Assembly: GCF_009914755.1 (NCBI RefSeq)
Contig: NC_060933.1
Length of the DNA stretch: 64,000 bases
DNA from: the human T2T-CHM13v2.0 reference genome, Homo sapiens
Reading direction: 5' to 3' (one strand)
The notes beneath the pieces were generated by a model. The model had not been told where the DNA came from. It ran no database searches and saw only the letters and a list, made by a program, of their open reading frames with translations. Shown here in pieces: positions 1-12,058 of the stretch (position 1 is the first letter of the stretch; every line of letters begins with the position of its first letter). The position numbers and the translations under genes are program-made.

Positions 1-795
1 TACAAATCTAACTGGTTTTATCGTTTGCACCAGCACACCCTATACCACTTTTTTCTTCATTATATTTCAGTCAGATTTAAAAGTGAAATTCAAACATTTG
101 TAGGAGACTGATCAAAGGGCTTACAACAACAATTTTTTATCCAGATAGTCCAACATGCAAGACAAAAAGGAACAAAGGCAGAAAGAAAGAGAGAGAAACA
201 GAAAGGCAAACTTCAAACTGTAACAGGGTTTAAACACAGACAACAAGTTAGGCCTAAATTAAAATAAGACTTCAAGGCTACAATGGAGTAAATATATTAT
301 GTCTCCCTTTCTATTTGTTTTGACAGTTTTTCTCATATAAAAGTTTATTGGACTCTGACAAGTTTACTTTCTCTACCAACTGTTACATAAATTATGAAGG
401 AGGTAACGGATGGAACTATTATTAGAAAGAGGGATGACACTGGTGAAGTAGAAAACAAAGGTAGAAGGTTGTCAGTCTGATAAATCTAATATAAGATCAT
501 GCGCCCAGTGATCTGTAAGTATAGAGACACATATCTGTAGCAAACATACCTGTAGTAAACGAGCAAAAAATACATGGGTAGTTCGAATTCATACCTATCC
601 AATATGGCCCTATTTTTTCCATTCAGATCCATTTCTGCATCCTCTATCTAATATATATGTAGTACCACAGCTAGGAACCAGGAACAATTGTTATATTTTT
701 TCTAGAACGTCAGTTGGTTACACATTACAATTCTGCCCCAGAGCAGATGAATTCCATAAAGGGGTTTGTCTGTGACTCTCCCAAATTGGTAAATG

Positions 796-834
796 GTCTA
801 TGGCCATACTACCATGAACACACCTGATCTCATC
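796..834 (+). pseudogene. 3'-truncated (tailless) 5S rRNA retropseudogene, 5S nt 1-39
   Basis: gtctatggccatactaccatgaacacacctgatctcatc matches the 5S 5' end GTCTACGGCCATACCACCCTGAACGCGCCCGATCTCGTC at 32/39, and 5 of the 7 differences are CpG decay. Flanked by caaattggtaaatg (782-795) and caaactggtaaatg (835-848). Confidence 0.9.
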
Positions 835-1229
835 CAAACTGGTAAATGATTGTCTTATATATTATCTTTAAGAAGAGATTTTTCAGGTTTAAGAATGTAT
901 GTATCACTATAACACATTTTGAAACGCATATATTTTGTACACATTCGACCATATTCTATCATAAAATGTACTCAATATATCAAGAAAACACGAGAATCAA
1001 GTGAAAAACTTTACATAAAATGATATACTTGAACAAATATCTACAAAATATTTCAAAAACCAAGCATCACTATCATCATATGTATAGACTACTTATGAAT
1101 CTGTGAAACAAGATGTACATTTCAACAACAAAAGAGGCAAAAAACCCACATATAGACACACACAAAATACAAAAGAAATTAAAAATGTAAAATGCCATTA
1201 AGAATACTAGAATTTTTTAATGTCAAGAA

Positions 1230-1720
1230 TCATCAGCAAAACCATAAAATAAGACACCCCCTATGTAATGCTGGCTACATATTTAAGGGAACCCTGGATT
1301 TTCTTCTGGTGTAACAAGATAGGCACTTTCATACACTACTATTAGAATAATAAACTGGTACAGCCTTTCTTAAAAAAGCTTAGCAATATTTATTGCAATC
1401 CTTAAAAATGGTAAGTTCATAACTTTTGAACTAGTAATTCTATTTCTAGGGCTTTATACCAATGAAACAATCAAAGATGCAAATACCTGTGTACAAGGAT
1501 ATTTATTAGCATGTTATTTTTACTAACTAGAATTCAAAGAATCTATAGGTTCAACAACAGGATAATACATAAATAATTTATTTTATATTCATATAATGGA
1601 ATATTACGCAAGCATCAATATATTTTTGAAAAAATGATGGATAACAAGAACGTGGTATAAGTTTAGATGTAAAAGACACAGAGATAAAATTGTACTTACA
1701 GAATGATCCATACTTAAGTC
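1230..1720 (+). mobile_element. Ancient L1 (L1ME-like) ORF2-end/3'UTR fragment
   Basis: Degenerate L1M 3' motifs: aaactggtacagcctttct, ctagtaattctatttctaggg, tacaaggatatttattagcatg, ataatggaatattacgca. Confidence 0.6.
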
Positions 1721-2916
1721 TACTGTAATAGTGCCATATCTTTTTATCTTATTTCATTATGATAAAATATTTATTTTACTACAATAAGTTTAAAATGTTT
1801 TATTTGAAACATTATGAAGATCCTAAATTAGTAATCAGCACACTTTCTTACAGGTAGTAAATATTTTAGTCTTTGCAGGGTTTAATTTATATTTAATCAT
1901 AGGCCAAGAGGCACAATCAAAAATGTTATATAGCTTCTTATATAATTATTTAAAATATCACCACTTCAAGTTGTAAAAAGCAGGCAGCTGGCTACCATTT
2001 GCCAACTCATGTCTTACATGAATTAACCTGGAAAGGTCTCAAGTAGTTTTCTGACTCAAAATGTCCTATTTGTTAGGTGGGAATAATCATACCTGCACTA
2101 AGCACTTCAAAGGATTGTGGGGGCGACTTGATGCATAGGGAAGCTATTGGCAACCATAAACTGTTAAAAAATATATCACAATGTGGGACAATTTGCTCTC
2201 ATCTGGAGTTCCTTTTCCTTTTTCCCACCCGTCTGTATCCTACTGGTCCTTCAAGACTATCTGAGGTTAAACTCTTTTCCAGGAAGACACCCCCACTCTT
2301 AAAGCTACATCCATTTCTTTCATCTTCACGTATGTATGACATTTAGATTTTGCATGCATATATGATTTTTTTCTCTCAAATTAAAGGATCATTATCTTGA
2401 GGGAAGAACTTGTCTTGGATATTTTTGTCTTGGATATTTTTTCTATCCCTCACTGCAAACATCTCATCATAATTGTTTTGAACTTATTATATATTTAAAA
2501 TATGCTCATTTAATTAAATGACAGGAGCTGCATTGCTACACCTAGTTCAGGAATACTCGGCTTTGTGATTCCAGGAAATGAAAACTTAACCACAAAGCGG
2601 TCCTTTATTTATTTGAAATTTTAAAAAGATATATCCCAGTAAGAACAAGTAGGTACAAGAACATCATTCAATGTTCTCAGGAAAACAAAATTGCTTCCAG
2701 TAAGCCACAGCTATCACCATACCCAACCACTTTACTTCAAACTAAAAATAGTAATAGTAATAATACCTAGAAGCCAGGAGGCCATCAACTTCTTATAATC
2801 AGTCAGACATTAATTCTGTATAAATTCAGTTATTCTAAACCATTATCATTTTATAGACATAAAATCTCAATGTCCATGACATGAAATCATTCAAGCATTA
2901 TAAAAAAGATGTTGCT

Positions 2917-3202
2917 GGTGGGACACAGTGGCTCACGCCTGTAATCCCAGCACTTTGGGAGGCCAAGGCAGGTGGATTGCTTGGGCTCAGGAGTTCAAGA
3001 CCAGCCTAGGCAACATGGCAAAACCCTATCTCTACCAAAAATACAAAAATTAGCCAGGCATGGTGGCTGCACACTGGTAGTCCCAGCTGCTTAGGAGGCT
3101 GAGATGGGAGGATCACTTGAACCTGAAGATTGATGCTGCAGTGGGCCCTGATTATGTGACTGCCCTCCAGCTTAAGTGACAGAATGACACCCTGTCTCAA
3201 AA
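2917..3202 (+). mobile_element. Alu (AluJ-like)
   Basis: Dimeric Alu with J-type diagnostics (gattgcttgggctcagg, ggaggatcacttga, gctgcagtg) and a short A tail. Confidence 0.9.
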
Positions 3203-3208
3203 CTATAT

Positions 3209-3530
<322 letters not shown>

Positions 3531-4002
3531 TCAAACAGTAACTAATGACGTGTATGTGACCCTTCACACTGCACACATTCCAAACTGAGACCTCCTGTGT
3601 GTTCTTCATTTCATTATTTTTATCTTTAAAAAAACTTTCAGGTGGCTTTGGCAAAGAAGATGCTTTAAGCAATCAATTAAGAATTATCACCTAGTGGTGT
3701 ACAAAATGTGCTAGGTGTTATGCGTATGTGAAGAGGTAGAATTAATATCTTAAAATCAGAGACCATGTATTTAGAAGCTTCAACTATTTGGAAGAGATCC
3801 AAGAATAAGATAACAAGAAGAAAAATAAAGATCGTAGATTCATTTTTTTTATAAGGAAGCAACTCAGAGCTCAAGAACATATTTGTTAAAATAAATATCC
3901 ATAAAGGGGCTGGATTTGATAAATGGGCTCAAGCAGAAACTGTCTGGAGGTCATCAATGTCCTATTCAGCAAGCCAGAATATTTATACTGAACAGTTCTC
4001 AA

Positions 4003-4576
4003 TGTATATTAGTAGTTATCTGATGCATAACAAGTTACCCCCAAACCTTACAGCTTAAAACCATAACTATGTTTTATACCAATTTATCTAGATCAGCAGT
4101 TTGGGTTCAGCTTAACTGGGTGTCTCTGGCTCAAGGTGCTTCACGAGGTTGAGGTCAAGTTGCTGTGGGGGCTGCAGTCTTATCTAAAGGCTCGACTGAG
4201 GGAGTTTGTTTCCAAGCTCCCTCACAGCGTTGGCAGCAAGCAAGCCTCAGTTCCTCACTGGCTGTTGGCTGGAGAACTCAGTTCCTCAACATTTGGGCCT
4301 CTTTATAGGCTGCCTGAGTGTCCTCATGAGAAGACTGCTGGCTTCTCCCAGAGGAAGTGATGAGAGAGAGAGAAAGAAGAGAACAAGAAAGGGAGAGATA
4401 AATCAAGCAGCCCAGGATGGAGCTATCTATCACCTAATCTCAGAAGTGAGATACCTTCACTTCTGCTGTATTCTTTGGTCTCACAGACCAACGCTAACAC
4501 AATGTTGGAAGGAACTACATAAAGGTGTGAATCCCAGGAGTTGGGGATCATTGGGGCCATCTTGGAAGTTGGCTGC
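4003..4576 (-). mobile_element. MaLR LTR (MLT1E/F-like)
   Basis: Antisense MLT1 pattern: gcataacaagttacccccaaac...cagcttaaaa, tctctggctcaagg, ggggatcattggggccatcttgga. Confidence 0.7.
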
Positions 4577-4776
4577 GAAAAAGGATAACTGTGATAGAAT
4601 ATACAGAGCCACTTAAAACAAGTACTTTATCACATTTTCTGATTTCCTTGGGACTTGAATACCCAATAAGAAAGAAGTAGATGTGTCTGACTATTAAAGG
4701 GTGGGGATTGCAATAGAAGCTAGATTATAGGGAGGAATGGTAGGGACATTGAAGACAAAATTGTTAAAGTTACCTT

Positions 4777-4965
4777 GCTGTGGACGGAATTGTGTCCCCC
4801 AAATTTGTATGTTGAATCCCTAACCCCCAGTGTGATGGTATTTGGAGTTGGAGCCTCTGGGAGGCACTTGGATTTAGTGAGGTCATGACAGTGGGAGCCT
4901 TCATGATGGGAGTAGTGCCTTTATCAGAAGAGACACCAGAGAATTTGCTCATACAAATGTTCTCA

Positions 4966-5016
<51 letters not shown>

Positions 5017-5055
5017 CCCTACTGCCATGTGAGAACACAGCTTGAAGGTGGCTTC
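4777..5055 (+). mobile_element. MaLR LTR (MLT1A-like), 3'-truncated, with internal (CT)n at ~4970-5015
   Basis: tgctgtggacggaattgtgtcccccaaatttgtatgttgaatccctaacccc start; ends at ccatgtgagaacacagc..gaaggtggc. Confidence 0.8.
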
Positions 5056-5927
5056 CAGCTTTAGGCAATTTTGGTAGTTGATGTTTTTCTAGGAATGTTT
5101 CCATTTCATATAGGTTATCTAATTTCTTGGCATGTGATTGTTTACAGTTTTTTTTAATCCATTGTATTTCTGTAGGGTGGGTAATGTCCTTTCTTTCATT
5201 CCTGATTTTATTGAGTCTTGTCTATTTTTCTCTTGGCCAGTCTAGATTAAAGATTTGTCAATTTTGTTAATCTTTTCAAATAACCAACTTTTGGTTTTAT
5301 TCATTTTTTCTATTGTGTTTCTATTCTCTGTTTCATTTACTTCCACACTAATATTATTTCCTTCCTCTGCTAGCTGTGGGTTTAGTTTGCTCTTCTTTTT
5401 CTATATTTTCAAAAGTAAGGTTAGGGGACTGATTTGAGTTATTTAATATATAGAATAAATTCTCTTCTGCACACTGCTTTCACTGCATACCATAAGGTTT
5501 GGTAAGTTGTATTTTTATTTTCATTGATCTCAAGTTATTTTCTGATTTCCATTGTGATTTCTCCTTTGACCCATTGGTTATTTAGGAATGTGTTATTTAA
5601 TTTCCACATATTTGTGAATTTCCCTTATTTTAGTTTCTAATTTCAACCCATTGTGGTCAGAAAACATACTTTGTGTGATGAATTCTTTTATATTTATTGA
5701 GATTTGTTTTATGTCCTAGTATCTGGTATTTCCTGCAGAATGTTCCATATCCATTTGAGAAGAATGTGTATTCTGACATTGTTGGGTGAAGTGTTTTCTC
5801 TATATATTTATATCGATGTAGATATCTATATATCTCTATATATAAATATAGACATAGGTATCTCTCTCTATATTTATATATCTAGAGTTAGATATATCTA
5901 TATCTCTTATCTATCTATATACACAGA

Positions 5928-5941
5928 GATATAGATAGATG

Positions 5942-5984
<43 letters not shown>
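5928..5984. repeat. (GATA)n tetranucleotide STR preceded by TA-rich low-complexity tract (~5798-5927)
   Basis: Direct reading of tandem gata units. Confidence 0.95.
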
Positions 5985-5985
<1 letters not shown>

Positions 5986-7455
5986 CACAGATAATATGTG
6001 AACTATCTTGGCTAATAGTGTTGTTCAAATCTTCTGTTACCTTGCTGATCTTCTCTTTAGTTGTTCTACCCATTATTGATAGTGAGGTATTGAAGTCTCC
6101 AATCAATATTGCTGAATGGCCTATTTCTCCCATAAATTCTGTCAAATAAGCTTCATGTATTTTGGGCCTCTGTTGTTAGATGCAAATATGTTTTTAAGTG
6201 CTGAATATTTTTGATAGATTGACTCATATTATAAAATGTCTTTGTCTCTAGCAAAACATTTTGTCTTAAAGTCTATTTTGTGTATATTACTAGCTACTAA
6301 TTACAGTTACTCCTACTCTCTTTTGGTTAGTGTTTGCATGGTATATCTTTTTTCATCCTTTTATTTTTAATTCATTTATTGTCTTTGAATCACAAGTGAA
6401 TCTCTTATAGATACCATAGAGTTGTATCATTTTTATCCATTATGCCAATGTCAGCCTTTTAAGTAGAGATTTTAATCCATTTACATTTAAGTTAATTACT
6501 GATAGATAGATGTTACATGTGCCATTTTGCTATTTGTTTCCTATGCCAAGTGATTTTTGTTCTATTCCTTCATTACAGTCATCTTCTGTGCTAGATATTT
6601 TCTAGTCTACCATTTTAATCCCTTGTAATTTATTTTACTATTTTTTATTTTCTAAGCAATTGCTCTAGAAATTGCAAGTAATGCCTGAGCGTTAAATAAT
6701 CAAGTTCAAATTAATACCAATTTAATATTAATAGTATACAAAAAAATTGCCACTAAAAAGCTTTGTTCTCTTGCTACTACATGCTTTATTGTCACAAATT
6801 ACATCTTTATAGATTTTGTTCCCTTGACATATATTAATAATTATTGTTTTACATAGAGTTTTAAAAATAAGATAGAAATAAAAATGAGCTATAAACAAAA
6901 AAAATTTATACTGTCTTTTATATTTACCTATGTAGTTACCTGTTCTAGTGCTCTTTATTTATTTATGTTGATTCACATTACTATCTAATATCCTTTAATT
7001 TCACCCTAAAAAGCCCTTTTAGTGTTTTTGTAGGGAAGATCTGCTAGTAAAAAACTCTCTTGGCTATTGTTTATCTGTGAATGTTTCAATTTCTCTTTCA
7101 TTTTTAAAGGAGAGCTTTACCAGATAGAGAAGTCTGTCGATCTTTTTCTATCAACACTTTGAATATGTCACCTTACTGTCTTCTGGCCTCCATATTTTGA
7201 TAAGAAATCATTTGTTAATCTTATTGAGGATCCTTTGTAGGTGATTTGTTGTTTGTCTTGTTGGTTTCAAGATTCTTTGTCTTTGAGTATCAAGAGTTGA
7301 TTGCAATTTCTCTATGTGTGAATCTGAGTGTACCCTACTCGAAGTTTATTGAGCTTCTTGTATGTGCAGATTAGTTTTTCATCAAATTTGGGACATTTCG
7401 GCCACTATTTCTCCAAATACTGTTCCTGATCTTTCTCCTGTCCTTCTGGGACTTT

Positions 7456-7465
7456 ATAGATAGAT

Positions 7466-7513
<48 letters not shown>

Positions 7514-7536
7514 TAGATATATAGATATAGATAGAT
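7456..7536. repeat. (GATA)n/(GATATA)n STR
   Basis: Direct reading; interrupts the L1 ORF1 remnant. Confidence 0.95.
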
Positions 7537-7966
7537 GCATATGTTGGTCTGCTTAATGGTGTCCCACAGATGACTGAGGATTTGTTCATTTTTCTTCATT
7601 CTTTTTTCTTTGTCTTCCTCAAACTTGATAATCTCAGTTAACTTATCTTCGGGTTCATCAACTCATTCTTCTGCATGCTCAAATATGCTGTTGAGCCCCT
7701 CTAGTGAATCTTGCATTTCAATTGTTATACTTTTCAATTCCAGAATTTCTATTTTTTTAAATAATTTTCTTTATTGACATTCTCTATTTCATGAGACATT
7801 ATTATCAGATTTTTCTTTAGTTTTTTAGGCATGGCTTTATTTAGGTCTTTTAACATATTTAAAATAGCTGATTTAAAGTCTTTATCCAATGAACCCAATG
7901 TCTGGGATTCCTCCAGGATAGTTTTATTGTTTTATTGACTGCTTTCTTTCCCCTGTGTGTGTATGA

Positions 7967-8262
<296 letters not shown>

Positions 8263-8712
8263 CATACTTTCTTGTCTCTTTGTATACCTTGTAATTTGGG
8301 GTTAAAAATTGGACATTTAAAAGTATATAATATGGAAACTCTGGAAATCAAATTATCTTCCCTCCCCAGAGTTTTTGTTGTTGCTGCTTTTAGTTTTTAC
8401 TGTGTTCCTTATTTAGTAACTTCTCTGGAATAATAATAATTATTATTATGATCTTATTATTATTATTCCAGAGAATAATAATAAAGTCTATATTATCTCT
8501 CACGTATGACCACTGAAGTCTCTGCTCAGTTAGCTTATGGTTAGCTACTAATTGGACAGAATGTGCCTAAAATATCTAGAACCATTAAATCTCCTAATAT
8601 TTACTGACAGGCTCTGTGTATGTATTGTGACATGCTTTCAACATTCATCCAGCCAGGTGGTTTTTAACTCTGCTTTAACTTCACTTTCTACTTGCAAAGA
8701 GTCTCAAGATCA

Positions 8713-9145
<433 letters not shown>

Positions 9146-9566
9146 TTAAAAAATGAACTCCTTATGGACATCTAACTACTCAGCCTTTTCTTTTGAGCTT
9201 TTTGGTCAGTGTATTGTTTGCCGCAGCTGTTATCCATTTCCTCAAGTAGCTGTGACATTAAAACATTCAACAAACAATCCCTGGGAAGAGGATTTTAGCT
9301 CTACTCAGTTTGAGTGAGGTAAAATAATGACTAGTCTTTTGAGTGGGGTCTTCCAGGGAATTACCAGACAGTCAAACAATGGCAATTCTTTGGGAATGAA
9401 TTGTTTACTGCTTCCATCAGTACCAAAATTTTGAGATGTTATTTTTAAGTGGCCACTGAGCTGGGGAGGGAGATGGGACTAGAGTAAGTTAAAACAATAA
9501 CTACAAAGCTCACTGTTCTTACTAAGATCCAGCTATGTTACATTTTTATATTCTTTTTCTTTTATT

Positions 9567-9600
<34 letters not shown>

Positions 9601-9839
9601 ATTTATCTTGTTTTTTGCATAAATGCCCCAAGGAGTGCTGGAAGTCAGAGTTCTGAAAAAAGTTGATTCTGGCTATTTTTTCCAGTTTTTTAATTGCTAT
9701 GATGGAGAGGGATATTTTTGAAGGTCCTTACTCTGTCATTTTCACTGACCAATCTTGCAAAGCTTCAGTTAACATGAAAATCTTCAAACGTGAACCAATT
9801 ATGTCCCTCCAAATTCCAGATAAAAATGTGCTGTAGTAT

Positions 9840-11436
9840 TGTGTCTGGAACTGGTGGGTTCTTGGTCTCACTGACTTCAAGAATGAAGCCACGGACCCTC
9901 GCGGTGAGTGTTACAGCTCTTAAGGTGGCGCATCTGGAGTTTGTTCCTTCTGATGTTCGGATATGTTCAGAGTTTCTTCCTTCTGGTGGGTTCGTGGTCT
10001 TGCTGGCTCAGGAGTGAAGCTGCAGACCTTTGCTGTGAGTGTTACAGCTCTTAGGGCGGCGCGTCTGGAGTTGTTCGTTCCTCCCGGTGGGCTTGTGGTC
10101 TCGCTGGCTTCAGGAGTGAAGCTGCAGACTTTCACAGTGAGTGTCACAGCTCTTAAAAGCAGTGTGGACCCAAAGAGTGAGCAGTAGCGAGATTTATTGC
10201 AAAGAGCGAAAGAACAAAGCTTCCACTGTGTGGAAGGGGACCCGAGCGGGTTGCCACTGCTGGCTTGGGCACCCTGCTTTTATTTTCTTATCTGGCCCCA
10301 CCCACGTCCTGCTGATTGGTAGAGCCCAGTGGTCTGCTTTGACCGGGTGCTGATTGGTGCGTTTACAATCCCTGAGCTAGACACAAAGGTTCTCCACCTC
10401 CCCATCAGATTAGTTAGATACAGAGTAAGGACACAAAGGTTCTCCAAGGCCCCACCAGAGTAGCTAGATACAAAGTGTCAATTGGTGCACTCACAAACCC
10501 TGAGCTAGACACAGGGTGCTGATTGGTGTGTTTACAAACCTTGAGCTAGATACAAAGTGCCGATTGGTGTATTTACAATCCCTGAGCTATATATAAAGGT
10601 TCTCCAAGGCCCCACCTGAGTAGCTAGATACAGAGTGTCGATTGGTGCGCTCACAAACCCTGAGCTAGACACAGGGTGCTGATTGGTGTGTTTACAAACC
10701 TTGAGCTAGATACAGAGTGCCGATTGGTGTATTTACAATCCTTGAGCTAGACATAAAGGTTCTCCACCTCCCCACCAGACTCAGGAGGCCAGCTGGCTTC
10801 ACCCGGTGGATCCCGCACCAGGCTGCAGGTGGAGCTGCCTGCCAGTCCCTCGCCGTGTGCTCACACTGCTCAGCCCTTGGGTGGTGATGGGACTGGGCCC
10901 CGCGGAGCAGGGGGTGGCACTTGTCGGGGAGGCTCGGGCAGCACAGAAGCCCATGGAGGGGGTGGGAGGCTCAGGCATGGCGGGCTGCAGGTCCCAAGCC
11001 CTGCCCCGCGGGAAGGCAGCTAAGGCCTGGTGAGAAATCAAGCGCAGCCCCGGTGGGCTGGCACTGCTGGGGGACCCAGTACACCCTCCGCAGCTGCTGG
11101 TCCGGGTGCTAAGCCCCTCATTGCCCAGGGCCAGCAGGGCTGGCCGAGCCGGTCGGCTGCTCCGAGTGTGGGGCCCGCCAAGCCCATGCCCACCCGGAAC
11201 TCCAGCTGGCCCGCAAGGGCCGCACGCAGCCCCGGTTCCCGCTCGCGCCTCTCCCTCCACACCTCCCTGCAAGCTGAGGGATCTGGCTCTGGCCTTGGCC
11301 AGCCCAGAAAGGGGCTCCCACAGTGCAGCGGTGGGCTGAAGGGCTCCTCAAGTGCCGCCAAAGTGGGAGCCCAGGCAGAGGAGGCGCCGAGAGCGAGCGA
11401 GGGGTGTGAGGACTGCCAGCACGCTGTCACCTCTCA
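9840..11436 (-). mobile_element. ERV9 solo LTR (LTR12C-like), full length, ~1.6 kb
   Basis: Termini tgtgtctggaactggtgggttcttggtc ... gctgtcacctctca (TG..CA); perfect 4-bp TSD gtat (9836-9839 / 11437-11440); U3 tandem repeats and CpG-rich 5' U3. Confidence 0.95.
10270..10780 (-). promoter_or_regulatory. LTR12 U3 enhancer/promoter: 8 CCAAT (NF-Y-type) boxes and AATAAAAG TATA-like element
   Basis: attgg at 10315, 10353, 10481, 10522, 10563, 10641, 10682, 10723; cctgcttttatt at ~10273-10284. LTR12 promoters are known to be NF-Y dependent; activity of this copy is inferred. Confidence 0.65.
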
Positions 11437-11756
11437 GTATGAGATAGCATTTTAAATGTATATTCTACAGAATGATAGCTTCATAAATGTTAGTTGAAAG
11501 TCCCATAATCAAGTAAGTTATAAAACATTGGGTTGAAAAATGTTTAACAGACTTCTTTATTGCAAGACTTCTCGGTGATTTTGATATATGGGTCATCTAT
11601 TATAAATCTCTATTCAGAAGATAATGTGCAACATTTCTCAAATTTACTTAACCATGAAACTATTTGCTTTGTGGAACTGGTTTTCCAGTGATTAAAATGG
11701 AAACATACTATCATGAGATGCCATTCCTGTTCCACAAGATCCTATAGTTTATACTT

Positions 11757-12058
11757 GCACTGTCTAATATCATAGCCATTAGCCATATGTGGATCTTGAT
11801 CACTTGAAATATGTCCACCTGAATTTAGATGTGCTATAAATATGAAATACCCACAACATTGTGAACACTTAGTACAAAAAAAGCTTATAAAAGGTCTAAT
11901 TAATATTGTTTATGTTGATTATATGTTAAAATGATAATATTTCAAATATATTAGGTTAAAATAAAATATATTATTAAAATTATTTTCATGCTTTTTTAAT
12001 GTAGCTACTAGAAAATTTTAAATTATACATGTGGATTGATTTATATTTCTATTGAAAA
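11757..12058. mobile_element. hAT-Charlie MITE (MER33-like)
   Basis: gcactgtctaatat..agccatatgtgg..cttgaaatatg ... gctactagaaaattttaaattatacatgtgg pattern, ~300 bp. Confidence 0.7.

Noticed and set aside
10799-11455. Cluster of 60-157 aa overlapping ORFs in GC-rich sequence that looks like a CpG-island gene start
   Set aside because: Almost entirely within the LTR12C U3; GC-rich sequence lacks stops in several frames; no recognisable protein.
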